NCBI GenBank assembly: GCA_963832095.1
Contig: CAWHSW010000009.1
Span: forward strand, 14,994-78,993
Source of the DNA: an uncultured Actinomycetes bacterium
GTDB taxonomy: Bacteria; Actinomycetota; Actinomycetes; Streptosporangiales; Streptosporangiaceae
Direction: 5' to 3'
Length of the DNA stretch: 64,000 nucleotides
A model generated the notes under the pieces. The model was given only the letters and a program-made list of their open reading frames with translations, did not search any database and was not told where the DNA came from. Shown one piece after another: positions 47,403-57,618 of the stretch. Position numbers and translations under genes: made by a program. Each line of letters begins with the position of its first letter. Position 1 is the stretch's first letter.

Positions 47403-48301
47403 CCGCCGCACCCATGACCGGACCACGGGCCCGCCCGCGCCCCCGGCGCCACGTGACCCGCCGTCACGCCAAGACTTTTTCCCTGAACGCCATCGCGGTG
47501 CTGGTCGCGCTGCTCACGCTGTTCCCGATCTTCTGGATGGTGTCAACCGCGTTCAAGCCATCCCAGGAGATCTACTCACTGACCCCGGACCTGTGGCCTG
47601 CCCACCCCACGCTGGGCAACTTCCACGCCGTGTTCAGCGGCCAGGCGTCCGGGATCGGGTCCTACTGGCTGTTCTTCCGGAACAGCATGCTGGTCACGAT
47701 CAGCACGGTCGTGCTGGCCTCGCTGGTGTCGCTGCTCGCCTCGGTCGCGGTGGCCCGGTACCGGTTCCGGTTCCGCGCCTCGTACCTGATCATGCTGCTG
47801 ATCGTGCAGATGATCCCGGCGCAGGCGCTGATCATCGCGCTGTTCCTCGACTTCAACCGGCTCAACCTGCTGCAGAGCCTGCCCGGGCTGATCCTGGTGT
47901 ACAGCGCGCAGGCGCTGCCGGTGTCGATCTGGATGCTGCGCAACTTCGTCGCCACCGTGCCCCGGGAACTGGAGGAGGCGGCCGCGGTGGACGGCGCCGG
48001 GCCGCTGCGGGTCTTCTGGCGGATCCTGTTCCCGCTGATCGTCCCGGGCCTGATCGCGACCAGCGTGTTCTCGTTCATCACCGCGTACAACGAGTTCATC
48101 GTGGCGCTGACGTTCCTCGGCCAGGCGCACGGCACGTACACGCTGCCGATCTACGTGACCTACTTCTTCGGCCGCGGGGGCGCGCAGTGGGGGCCGATCA
48201 TGGCCGCGTCCACCCTGTACACCATCCCGGTCGTGGTGTTCTTCCTGCTGGTGCAGCGCCGGATGACTGGCGGGCTGGTGGCCGGGGCGGTGAAGGGATG
48301 A
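47399..48301 (+). CDS. Sugar ABC transporter permease (MalG/NgcG-like)
   Basis: ATGA overlap with the upstream permease; EAA loop EEAAAVDGAGPLRVFWRILFP. Confidence 0.85.
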   Translation: MTAAPMTGPRARPRPRRHVTRRHAKTFSLNAIAVLVALLTLFPIFWMVSTAFKPSQEIYSLTPDLWPAHPTLGNFHAVFSGQASGIGSYWLFFRNSMLVTISTVVLASLVSLLASVAVARYRFRFRASYLIMLLIVQMIPAQALIIALFLDFNRLNLLQSLPGLILVYSAQALPVSIWMLRNFVATVPRELEEAAAVDGAGPLRVFWRILFPLIVPGLIATSVFSFITAYNEFIVALTFLGQAHGTYTLPIYVTYFFGRGGAQWGPIMAASTLYTIPVVVFFLLVQRRMTGGLVAGAVKG

Positions 48302-49812
48302 GCGCAGGGCTTTCTGACCCGGTCCTGGAGCGCTTGGCCGACGCGGTACTGATCCCGCCGTTTCCCGGGCATGACGCGCCGCGCTGGGTGCTGGACGCGC
48401 TGGAGCGCGGGCTGGCCGGGGTGACCATCTTCGGCCCGAACATCGCCGGGCCGGAGCAGCTGGCCGCGCTGACCGCGCAGCTCCGCCGGGCGGGCGGGCA
48501 GCCGCTGGTGGCCATCGACGAGGAGGGCGGCGACGTCACCCGGATCGACCACCTGACCGGCAGCCCGTACCCGGGCAACGCGGCGCTCGGCGCGGTGGAC
48601 GACGTGGCGCTGACCGCGGCCGTGCACCGGGCGCTCGGCCAGGACCTGGCCGAGCTGGGCATCACGGTGAACCTGGCCCCGTCGGTGGACGTGAACACCG
48701 CGTCGGACAACCCGGTCATCGGCATCCGCTCGTTCGGCTCCGACCCGGCCCTGGTGGCCCGGCACGCCGCGGCCGCGGTCAGCGGGCTGCAGGCGGCCGG
48801 GATAGCCGCGTGCGCCAAGCACTTCCCCGGGCACGGCAGCACCAGCGCGGACACCCATCACCGGATCGTCACCGTCGAGGCGGACCTGGACACGCTGCGC
48901 CGCCGCGACCTGGTGCCGTTCGCCGCGGCCATCGCGGCCGGGGTGAACGGGGTGATGCCCGGGCACCTGCGGGTGCCCGAGCTGACCGGCGAGCTGCCCG
49001 CGACGCTGTCCGCCGCGGCGCAGACCGGCCTGCTCCGCGGCGAGCTGGGCTTCACCGGGGTGATCATCTCCGACGCGCTGGAGATGCGCGCGGTGCGCGA
49101 GACATACGGGCTGGCCGAGACGGCGGTCCGCGCGGTGGCGGCCGGCACCGACCTGCTCTGCCTGGGCCGGGACGTGGGCCAGGACGGCTACCTGGCCGTC
49201 CGTGGCGCGCTGGCCGAGGCGCTGGCCAGCGGCCGGCTGCCCGCGCAGCGGCTGGAGCAGGCCAAGCAGAGCGTCGCCCGGCTGCGCGGCTGGCTGGCCG
49301 GGCAGGCCGGGATGCCCGTGGGGACGGGTCGGGACGGCGCAGATGGGGCGGACGGCCGGGCCGAGCGGGCCCGCATCGGGCTGGCCGCGGCGCGCCGGGC
49401 CGTCCGGGTGTCCGCCCCGCCGGGCCCGCTGCCCGACCCGGCCGTGCTGCAGCTCGGCGCGCCGGAGAACATCGCGGTGGGCAGCGTGCCGTGGGGGCTG
49501 GCGCCCTGGGTGCCGACCAGCCGCCTGCAGCGCGCCCCGGCCAGCCTGGCCGACAGCGAGACGGTGCCGGTCATCGACGCGGCGCTGGCCGCCTCGGCCG
49601 GGCGGCCGCTGATCGTGGTGGTCCGCGACGCGCACCGGTACCCGGCCGCACGGGCCGTGGTCACCGGCCTGCTCGCGGCCCGGCCGGATGTGGTGGTGCT
49701 GGACATGGGCCTGCCGTTCTGGCAGCCACCGGGCGGGGTGCACGTGGCCACCTACGGCGCGGCCCGGGCCAGCGCCCAGGCCGCCGCCGAGGTGCTCGGG
49801 CTGGCGCACTAG
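48298..49812 (+). CDS. GH3 beta-N-acetylhexosaminidase (NagZ-like)
   Basis: ATGA overlap with the permease gene. The sequence has IDEEGGDVTRI, NLAPSVDV and KHFPGHGSTSADTH motifs. Confidence 0.85.
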   Translation: MSAGLSDPVLERLADAVLIPPFPGHDAPRWVLDALERGLAGVTIFGPNIAGPEQLAALTAQLRRAGGQPLVAIDEEGGDVTRIDHLTGSPYPGNAALGAVDDVALTAAVHRALGQDLAELGITVNLAPSVDVNTASDNPVIGIRSFGSDPALVARHAAAAVSGLQAAGIAACAKHFPGHGSTSADTHHRIVTVEADLDTLRRRDLVPFAAAIAAGVNGVMPGHLRVPELTGELPATLSAAAQTGLLRGELGFTGVIISDALEMRAVRETYGLAETAVRAVAAGTDLLCLGRDVGQDGYLAVRGALAEALASGRLPAQRLEQAKQSVARLRGWLAGQAGMPVGTGRDGADGADGRAERARIGLAAARRAVRVSAPPGPLPDPAVLQLGAPENIAVGSVPWGLAPWVPTSRLQRAPASLADSETVPVIDAALAASAGRPLIVVVRDAHRYPAARAVVTGLLAARPDVVVLDMGLPFWQPPGGVHVATYGAARASAQAAAEVLGLAH

Positions 49813-49883
49813 CCGGGCGGCGGCGAGTCTGGGCCGGATAGCGAGCGAATGGGGGGAACGGGGAGAAAATACGGGAGGAAATC

Positions 49884-51044
49884 ATGACTGACGTGCGTCT
49901 TGAGAGCGCCCTGTCCATACTGAGCGGGTTCCGGTTCGGGGAGGTTTCGAGTCTGACCGCGGTGCGGGCGATGAGTGCGAAGGTGCCGAGCCTGGGGCCG
50001 CTCGCCGCCTTCGCGGGCGCGTGGACGGGTAACGGCTTCAACACGATCTTCCGGCCCGACAGCCCCCAGACGCCGACGCCACTGCCCACACCGGTGACCG
50101 GCAGCGACAACGTGCTGGAGCTGAATCTAACGTCAGGAGACACTATCTTTTTCGCCGAGCCTGGGCTCCGTTCCTAATCGGGGTGAAGTCCAGGGCGGAT
50201 GTCTTCTTGAATGGCGTTCCCTACCTGCAGGCGATCAGCGACGTGACCGTGCCCAGCCAGCCGGTCGGCATCCATGTTGAGCCCGGACTCTGGATGATCG
50301 TTCCATCGACGACCGATCCCGCCGAGGGGCAAACCCTGGTGCGCATGGCGTCGATCCCGCACGGAACGACGATCGTGGCCCAGGGCACGTCATCGGTCAT
50401 CAATGGGCCGCCGACGATACGCACCGATCGACATCACGCCGTTCACTGCCGGCCAGCCAGAATCAAGACCCGTTCCCCAGCCAGACGGCGACCACCAATA
50501 ACACGCCACGGATTCCCCAGGACCTGACAGCATTCATCAAGGCTGGCACCATCACTCAGGCGATCCTGACGATCCCAACACGATCTTGCGTAATCACATC
50601 GCCGGGCAGAAAATCGTTGCCACAACGGAAATCTCGATTTCCACCAATCCGGCCTCGCTGCTCTTCGGTGGCGGCACCGACAACATCGCATTTCTGTTGG
50701 GCAACCCGACCGCCAGCGCCCCAAACGCCCAGATACTGCAGATGACCGCGACATTCTTCATCGAAACAGTGGAACACGTGATTGAAGTGCCCATTTTCAG
50801 ACCTGGCCGGCCGCCACTGACGATCCTCGGCGAGAGCGGCGACGCCGGACAGCCTGTGCCGAAGTTCCTGGTGCACCCGCCGATCGAGATCAAGGCGCCG
50901 CGGCGGATCACGGTGGATGCGACGCAGATCCAATACACGCAGAAGGTCATGCTGAACTTCAACGGGCTGACCTGGCCGCACGTTTCGGTCGCCACATTGG
51001 TGCCGGCCAGCCCGGTGCCGGTGCCGGCGTCCGCGTTCAGCTGA
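49884..51044 (+). pseudogene. Conserved-hypothetical gene (family not recognised) broken by ~5 single-nt indels; lower G+C than its surroundings
   Basis: ATG after GGGAGGA. A coherent protein can be followed only by switching frames at ~50148-50152 (T5 run), ~50193-50195 (G3), ~50420, ~50457 and ~50568. The segments read ...FAGAWTGNGFNTIFRP..LELNLTSGDTI / SPSLGSVPNRGEVQ / ADVFLNGVPYLQAISDV..GIHVEPGLWMIVP / APIDITPFTAGQ / QNQDPFPSQ..PRIPQDLTAFIKAGTITQAIL / DDPNTILRNHIAGQ... Confidence 0.6.
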
Positions 51045-51059
51045 GCTGTCGGTGCGGCG

Positions 51060-51680
51060 GCAACGGGCCTGGCTGCGGACGATGCGCACCCGCCCGTTGC
51101 CGCCGTCGGCGATGACCAGGTCCCCGGACCGGTCCACCGCCACCCCTTCCGGGCTGGACAGCTCAGCCTGGACCGCCGGGCCGCCATCCCCGGCATCGCC
51201 GGACGGTGCCATCGCCAGCCACGGTGTAGATGTCCCCGGCCGTCAAGGCCTGCCCGTAGAACGTCCCGGTCTGGGCGGCCACCACCCGCACCCGGTTGTT
51301 GTCGGTGTCCAGGATGACGAGGTTGCCGGCGTGGTCCACGGTGAGCGCCCCCACCCCGCCGAGCAGGGCCGGGACCGCCGGGCCGCCGTCGCCGCCGAAG
51401 CCGGGCACGCCCTGGCCCGCGGTGACTCCCTCCCAGCTGCTGTTGGTGTCCAGCCTGCGCACCACGTACCCGTCGGCCACGTACACGCCCGCCCGGCGCT
51501 CGCCGCGACCGCCTGCGGCTCCTGGAAGACGTTGGTGGCCAGTCCCCGGCCGGGGCCACCGGCCACGGTGTAGATGGTTTCCGGTCCCGCGGCCGCGGCT
51601 GCCGGGGGCACCCCGGCCAGCAGCCCGCGGGCCAGGCCCGCGGCCGTCAGCAGCGCAGCTGCCGCAGACTGGCCGTCCAT
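51060..51680 (-). pseudogene. NHL-repeat (beta-propeller) secreted protein fragment with at least 2 frame breaks and no clean 3' end
   Basis: MDGQSAAAALLTAAGLARGLLAG signal-like N-terminus. NHL-type repeats follow (IYTVAGG.., GVYVADGYVVRRLD, GFGGDGGPAVPALLGGVGALTVDHAGNLVILDTDNNRVRVV, IYTVAGDG..SGDAGDGGPAVQAELSSPEGVAVDRSGDLVIADGGNGRVRIV), spread over three frames with switches at ~51485-51497 and ~51195-51215. Confidence 0.55.
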
Positions 51681-51837
51681 ACATCTCTCCGCCCCCCTGT
51701 GTCGAGACGGACGCCACCTTAGGCAGCCGCTGCGCGGGCCGGAAGGACGCGGTCAGCTGTGCGATTCCCTACTAAATGGGGGCGCAATCGGCCCCGCCTG
51801 GCCCGGCCACCCCTCGGCAAGCTGCATAATGCTGGAC

Positions 51838-52287
51838 ATGAGGCTGTCTGCCCGTGCTGACTACGCGCTGCGCGCCGCGGTCGAGCTGGCCGCCGCCGAA
51901 GGCGGCCATGTCACCGCCGAGCAACTGGCGCGCTCCCAGCACATCCCGGGGAAGTTTCTGGAGGCGATCCTGACCCAGCTCCGCCGGGCTGGCCTGGTGC
52001 GCAGCCAGCGTGGCCCGGAAGGTGGCTTCTGGCTGGCCAAGCCGGCCGCCGACATCGCGCTCGCGGACATCATCCGGGCCATCGATGGGCAGCTGGTCGG
52101 GGTGCGCGGCGAGCGCCCGGAGAACATCGGCTACATCGGCGTGGCCGAGCCGCTGCAGAGCGTCTGGATCGCGCTGCGCGCCAACGAGCGGGCCATCCTG
52201 GAAGAAGTCACCCTGGAGCACATCGCGACCGGGCGGCTGCCGGAGCGCGTCCTCGAGCTGACCAACGACCCGCGCGCCTGGGCCTGA
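51838..52287 (+). CDS. Rrf2 family transcriptional regulator
   Basis: MRLSARADYALRAAVELA...IPGKFLEAILTQLRRAGLVRSQRGPEGGFWLAKP. Confidence 0.88.
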   Translation: MRLSARADYALRAAVELAAAEGGHVTAEQLARSQHIPGKFLEAILTQLRRAGLVRSQRGPEGGFWLAKPAADIALADIIRAIDGQLVGVRGERPENIGYIGVAEPLQSVWIALRANERAILEEVTLEHIATGRLPERVLELTNDPRAWA

Positions 52288-52542
52288 GCTAGCTTTGCGC
52301 TCTGCTTCCTTGCGCCTCCGGGCGCGCTGAATCCGCCGAGCTTCCCTCGTCGCTCACTCGCTCGTTCCTCGCTCCCTCGACTCCTCAGTCCAGTCGGCGG
52401 CGCGCCCCCTTTGGCGCGGGCGCCCTCCCCTCCTCACTCGTTCCTCGCTCGTCAGTGCGGTCGCAAAGCCCTTGCGGGCCGGTCCGGTTACGCTCGCGAA
52501 TACCCGGTTGGCTGGGCCGGGCGGAGCTGTCAGCATCCAAGG

Positions 52543-53560
52543 GTGAGTGGGCCAGCCTGGAGTGACGATGTCGGGGCGGCCGACTGGATCGGGCCACGGC
52601 TGGCGCCGCGGGACGCGTTCCAGGTGACGTCGGTGGTGCCCGCCGGGTTCGAGGCTTATGCCCGGGTGCTGCATCCGGCCGAGGAGCCGGGCACCGGCGA
52701 GCCGCCTGGTCCGCTGGGCCGAGGTGGCCGCGTGGAGCGGGCAGCCGCTGCGCCCGGACGCCCAGTTCCATTCGATCGCGCTGCCGCCGGTGCGGCCCAG
52801 CGGGCCCGCCCCGTGGGCCAGCCAGGGGCCGCGGCAGGGCAGCCTGTACCCGCCGGACGCCGAGGTGCTGGCCAGCCTGGCCCGGGACTGGACCGCGACC
52901 CCGGACCGGTGCTGGTTCTGCGTGTGGGGCGGCTATGGCTGGGCCGCGGTCATGCTCACCCCCGCGGGCCAGCCTGCCGAGCCGGTGCCCGACCCGCTGC
53001 CCGCCGAGGTCCGGTCCGGGCCCCGGGTCCGGCTGCCGGACCGCGAGTACCTGCTGTACACCGGGCGGGCCGAGGATGTGACCGCCCCGGGCCTGCTGGG
53101 CGATGACCTGCCGGGCGAGGACCAGACGGCCAACCTGTGGTGGCCCGACGACCAGGCCTGGTGCGTGGCCAGCGAGATCGACCTGGGCTGGAGCTATGTC
53201 GGCGGCCCGGCGGGCCTGATCGAGCAGGTCCTCGCGGACGAGCGCATCGAGGCGCTGCCGGCCAGCCCAGATGACCCGGTGAGCCGGGTGGAGGACTGGG
53301 TGGACGCCTGGGCGGAGACCGCGACGGAGCAGCTGATGACGGCGGGCACCGCCACCGTGGACACGTCACGCGGCACGATCCGGGCCACGCTGCGCCGCCC
53401 GTCCTGGCACGGTGCCGGGTGGCTGGAGACCAGCAGTTCCGGGGATAACGGGGTCAGCGGCAGCAGCAGCACGCGGCTCAGCCGGGGCACCGACGCAGAC
53501 CTGCGTGACGAGGTCTGCGTGTACCTCACCTGGCAGCTGATCGATCTGGTCGGCGGCTAA
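52543..53560 (+). CDS. Hypothetical protein; frame break at ~52701-52709
   Basis: GTG 52543 frame (VSGPAWSDDVGAADWIGPRL...HPAEEPGTGEP) joins ORF 52658..53560 (LVRWAEVAAWSGQPL...CWFCVWGGYGW...ANLWWPDDQAWCVASEIDLGWSYVGG) if one C is removed from GCCGCCTGG. Confidence 0.55.
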
Positions 53561-53575
53561 CGGTGGGCTCTAACG

Positions 53576-54058
53576 TCAGACCGGGACCATGTCGGTCATG
53601 TCGCGGACCCGCCTGGTTACCTCGTCGAAGGCCGGGTGGTCCTCGTTCACGCCGACCGGGCGGAGCACCGGCTCGGAGTCCATGCCACGGGTGTGCCCGG
53701 CCGGCACCCGGAGCTCGGGCCGGACGCCGAACGCCCGGGCCGCCGGGAGCTGGTCCAGGCTGCGCTCGCCGTTGCCGGCCGGGGCCGCACCCGCCGGGGT
53801 GAGCACGGCCGACTCGTTCTGCAGCTCGGCCAGGGCGAAGCTGTCCGAGACCTCACCGAGCACGTGGGACAGCGGGGTGTTCAGCGCCGAGCAGATCGCC
53901 GCGAGCAGCTCGGACGAGGCTTCCTTCTGGCCGCGCTCTACCTCGGACAGGTAACCGAGAGACACCCGGGCCGCGGCAGACACCTCGCGGAGGGTGCGAC
54001 CCTGCCGCTGACGTAGCCGCCGCAGCACGTCACCAAGCAAGTGACGAAGCAGGACCAT
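53576..54058 (-). CDS. clgR: ClgR-like XRE-family transcriptional regulator with a ~60-aa C-terminal extension
   Basis: [59 protein letters not shown] closely resembles actinobacterial ClgR; conserved position next to cinA-pgsA. Confidence 0.8.
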   Translation of the reverse strand: MVLLRHLLGDVLRRLRQRQGRTLREVSAAARVSLGYLSEVERGQKEASSELLAAICSALNTPLSHVLGEVSDSFALAELQNESAVLTPAGAAPAGNGERSLDQLPAARAFGVRPELRVPAGHTRGMDSEPVLRPVGVNEDHPAFDEVTRRVRDMTDMVPV

Positions 54059-54169
54059 CGCCGCACTCCCTTCCGCGAAGTGTCTCTTTCATTAGCACCA
54101 CCGTACCCGTCCTTACCGACAGTAGGGACAGCGCCCGGTGCCGTGTTCGCTGCTAACGTAACACTGTAA

Positions 54170-54661
54170 TCATCGGGTCTCTTCCCGCATCATGACAAGG
54201 AGCAACGCCAGGGCATCGGTGACAGTTTGGCCGCGGATGTCGTTCCTGCTCCCAGCCAGGTCCAGCCGCCGGATGAGGTGGTCACGCTGGCCAGTCTGCC
54301 TGGCGCCCGGCCCGGTGTCCCCCCGGGTAGCTGCAATGTACACCGTGCCCACCGGCTTCCCCTCGGCCGGATCAGGGCCGGCCACCCCGGTGGTGGCCAC
54401 CCCGAACGTGGCGCCCAGCCGGGCCCGTACCCCCTCGGCCATGGCCAGCGCGGTCTCCGCCGAGACCGCGCCGCAGGTGTCCAGCACGGCCTGGTCCACG
54501 CCGAGCAGGCTGGCCTTGAGGTCGGTCGCGTAGGCCACGATGCCGCCGCGCAGCACCACCGAGGCGCCCGGCACGCTGGCCAGCGCCGCGGCCAGCAGCC
54601 CGCCGGTCAGCGACTCCGCCACCGCGACCAGCTGCCGCCGCGCGGTCAGCTCGGCCACCAC
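54170..54661 (-). CDS. CinA-family nicotinamide-nucleotide amidohydrolase domain protein (PncC-like)
   Basis: VAVAESLTGGLLAAAL...GGIVAYATDLKASLLGV...VATTGVAGP. Confidence 0.85.
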   Translation of the reverse strand: MVAELTARRQLVAVAESLTGGLLAAALASVPGASVVLRGGIVAYATDLKASLLGVDQAVLDTCGAVSAETALAMAEGVRARLGATFGVATTGVAGPDPAEGKPVGTVYIAATRGDTGPGARQTGQRDHLIRRLDLAGSRNDIRGQTVTDALALLLVMMREETR

Positions 54662-54706
54662 CTGCTGCGCGGCGGCGGCCCGCCGGCGGCCCGCCGTCCG
54701 GTCCGG

Positions 54707-55345
54707 TCACCGGCCGTCCCCGGCGGGCTCGTGCGCGGCCCGGCTGCGGCTGCGCAAGTGGATCGCGCGGATCGCGTAGTCCGCCCCGGTGACCAGGGTG
54801 ACGGCCACGGCCAGCCCCATCACCACCTCGCGGAGCAGCGCCGGCGGCCCGGGGACCACGTACAGCGCGATCGCCAGCACCTGCAGGATGGTCTTCACCT
54901 TGCCGCCCCGGCTGGCCGCGATGACCCCGTGCCGGAGCACCCAGAACCGCAGCCCGGTGACCGCGAGTTCGCGGGCCAGGATGACGGCCGTGACCCACCA
55001 GGCCAGTTCGCCCTGAGCGGACAGGGTGACCAGGGCCGCCCCGGTCAGCGCCTTATCCGCGATCGGGTCGGCGATCTTCCCGAAGTCGGTGATCAGGCCA
55101 CGCCGCCGGGCGATCCGGCCGTCCAGCATGTCGGTCGCCGACGCGGCCAGGAACACCAGCAGCGCGGTGATCCGGGCGCCGGTGCCGCCCGCCACCAGGA
55201 ACAGCACGAACACCGGGACCAGCAGCAGCCGGAGCACGGTCAGCGCGTTGGCCAGGTTCAGCACGCTGGGCGCCGGGACGGCACCCGGCGGCGCGGCCCG
55301 CCGCGGCGGCGTTCCGCCGCTGGTGCCTGCGGCGGGCTGGCTCAA
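54707..55345 (-). CDS. pgsA: CDP-diacylglycerol--glycerol-3-phosphate 3-phosphatidyltransferase
   Basis: CDP-alcohol phosphotransferase motif [31 protein letters not shown] start at 55345 overlaps the rimO TGA; the start is uncertain. Confidence 0.85.
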   Translation of the reverse strand: MSQPAAGTSGGTPPRRAAPPGAVPAPSVLNLANALTVLRLLLVPVFVLFLVAGGTGARITALLVFLAASATDMLDGRIARRRGLITDFGKIADPIADKALTGAALVTLSAQGELAWWVTAVILARELAVTGLRFWVLRHGVIAASRGGKVKTILQVLAIALYVVPGPPALLREVVMGLAVAVTLVTGADYAIRAIHLRSRSRAAHEPAGDGR

Positions 55346-56832
55346 TGCGCGCCCGCACGCCCAGGCAGCGCCCGGGGCGCGGCGAGCGCGTCGGCCACCA
55401 GGTCCACCCCGTCGCCCTCGGTGACCCGGGCGGAGACGATCTCGCCGATGGCCGTGCCCGGCGCGCCGAGCACGGTCGTGGTCCCGTCCACCTCGGGTGC
55501 CTGATGCGCGGCCCGGCCCAGGTAGCGGCCGCCGCCGAGGTCTTCCTCGAGGAGCACCTCGACCACCTCGCCGACCCGGTCGGCGGCCCGCTGGGCCATC
55601 AGCTCGTCGGCCAGGCCCGCCAGGTCGTCCACCCGGCGGGCGATCTCGGCCGGGTCCAGCTGGCCGTCCAGCGTGGCCGCCTCGGTGCCGTCCTCGTCGG
55701 AGTAGCCGAACACGCCGATCGCGTCCAGCCCGGCCTCGGACAGGAAGCGGTGCAGCTCGGCCACGTCGGCCTCGGTCTCGCCGGGGAAGCCCACGATGAA
55801 GTTGGACCGGACGCCCGCGTCCGGGCAGGCCCGCCTGATCTCCGCGATCAGCCCGCCGAACCGCTCCCGGTCGCCGAACCGGCGCATGGCCCGCAGCACC
55901 CGCCCGCTGGCGTGCTGGAACGAGAGGTCGAAGTACGGCGCCACCCCGGGGGTCGAGGTCATCACCTCGATCAGCGCCGGGCGCATCTCGGCGGGCTGCA
56001 GGTAGCTGACCCGGACCCGGCTGATGCCGTCCACCGCGGCCAGCGCGGGCAGCAGCTCGTCCAGCAGCCGGGGGTTGCCCAGGTCCTTGCCGTACGAGGT
56101 GGAGTTCTCGCTGACCAGGACGAGTTCGCGGACGCCCTGGCCGGCCAGCCAGTGCGCCTCGGCCACCAGGTCCTCCGGCGGGCGGGACAGGAACGCGCCA
56201 CGGAACGCCGGGATGGCACAGAAGCTGCACCGCCGGTCACAGCCGGAAGCGATCTTGAGCGGGGCGACCGGCCCGGTGGCCAGCCGGCGCCGCAGCGTCC
56301 GCGGCCCGGACGCGGGCGCGGCCCCCGGCGGCAGGTCCGGGATCCCCCCGCCAGGCTGGACGGCCGGGGTGCGGGCGCCGTCGCCGTGTCCCGGCGGGCG
56401 GGCCGCCGTGCCACCCGGCCGGCTGGCCGGGGAGATCGGCAGCAGGCGGCGCCGGTCCCGCGGCTGGTGCGCGGGCCGCCGCTGGCCGGCCAGCACCTCG
56501 TCCAGCCGGGCCCCGATGTCGCCGTAGTCGTCGAAGCTGAGCACCTGGGCCTCGGGCAGCTCGGCGGCCAGCGTGTCGCCGTACCGCTCGGCCAGGCAGC
56601 CGGCCGCGACCACCTTCGCGCCGCCGTCGGCCGCGTCGAGCAGTTCGCTGACCGACTCCTGCTTGGCCGCCTCGATGAACCCGCACGTGTTGACCAGCAC
56701 CACGCTGGCCGAGTCGCGGTCGGCCAGCGTCCAGCCGGCCGCCTCCAGCCGGGCCGCGAGTTCCTCGGAGTCCACCTCGTTGCGGGCGCAGCCGAGGGTG
56801 ACCAGGCTGACAGTACGCTCGTTCGACGGCAC
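55342..56832 (-). CDS. rimO: Ribosomal protein S12 methylthiotransferase RimO
   Basis: [29 protein letters not shown] radical-SAM motif and a TRAM C-terminus. GTG 56832. The upstream part of track ORF 55342..57789 is read-through of the neighbouring gene in a wrong frame. Confidence 0.88.
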   Translation of the reverse strand: MPSNERTVSLVTLGCARNEVDSEELAARLEAAGWTLADRDSASVVLVNTCGFIEAAKQESVSELLDAADGGAKVVAAGCLAERYGDTLAAELPEAQVLSFDDYGDIGARLDEVLAGQRRPAHQPRDRRRLLPISPASRPGGTAARPPGHGDGARTPAVQPGGGIPDLPPGAAPASGPRTLRRRLATGPVAPLKIASGCDRRCSFCAIPAFRGAFLSRPPEDLVAEAHWLAGQGVRELVLVSENSTSYGKDLGNPRLLDELLPALAAVDGISRVRVSYLQPAEMRPALIEVMTSTPGVAPYFDLSFQHASGRVLRAMRRFGDRERFGGLIAEIRRACPDAGVRSNFIVGFPGETEADVAELHRFLSEAGLDAIGVFGYSDEDGTEAATLDGQLDPAEIARRVDDLAGLADELMAQRAADRVGEVVEVLLEEDLGGGRYLGRAAHQAPEVDGTTTVLGAPGTAIGEIVSARVTEGDGVDLVADALAAPRALPGRAGAH

Positions 56833-56858
56833 ACCGAGAAGCCTACGGTAAGGAGTTA

Positions 56859-57618
56859 CTAGCCAGTGACAGGCTTCCCCGGGCCCAGGCTCAGCGTGAC
56901 CGGCTGCCCGGCCGAGCCCGGCGAGCCGAGCTTCTTCCCGTTCACGGTGAGCACGATCCCGCCCGGGTTGCCGATGTCCATGTTCACCGAACGGTCGAAC
57001 GTCCACGACTTCGAACTGCCGCCGACGATGTACGCCTGGGTCAGGAACCGGCCGTCCGGTTTGGTGAACTCGACCCAGCAGTCCTGGATGGCGGTCAGGC
57101 TGATCACCACGTTCTGCGGCTGGGTCACGGACGGGGTGGCCGATGGCGTGGCCGCCGGGTGGCCGGACTTCGAGTGGTGATGCGACGCCGGTGAGTGGTC
57201 GATGTCGCTGGCCGCCGTGTTGCTGGCCGAGTGCGCCCCCGGACGAGCTGACCACGTGGTAGATCCCGTACCCGGCCACCACGGCCAGCACCAGGACCAT
57301 GGCCAGGGTCCAGTTCGGCCGCCGCCGTTCCTTGATCTTGATCGGGGTGGCCGGCTCGAAGACATCCGCCGCCCTGATGGCCTGCGGCGCGCCGTGCTGC
57401 GCGTCGTATTCGCGGATCAGCTCCTCATCGTCCGCGCCTACCGCCCGGGCAATGCTCCGGATATGGCCGCGCGCATAAAAGTCGCCCCCGCAGGCGGAGA
57501 AATCCCCGCGCTCGATCCCCCGGATGATTGTCTCTCTGATGCAGGTTCGCTGGCTTACCTGCGTAATGGTGAGACCCGCCTGGCGGCGCGCATCCGCCAG
57601 GGTGTCACCAATGCTCAC
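56859..57618 (-). CDS. RodZ-like HTH (XRE) + TM + DUF4115 protein; frame break at the C5 run 57236-57240
   Basis: GTG 57618 opens [40 protein letters not shown]... and the TM helix [21 protein letters not shown]. The DUF4115 part ([23 protein letters not shown]...[13 protein letters not shown]) is in ORF 56859..57365. Deleting one base of the run joins them. Confidence 0.75.
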
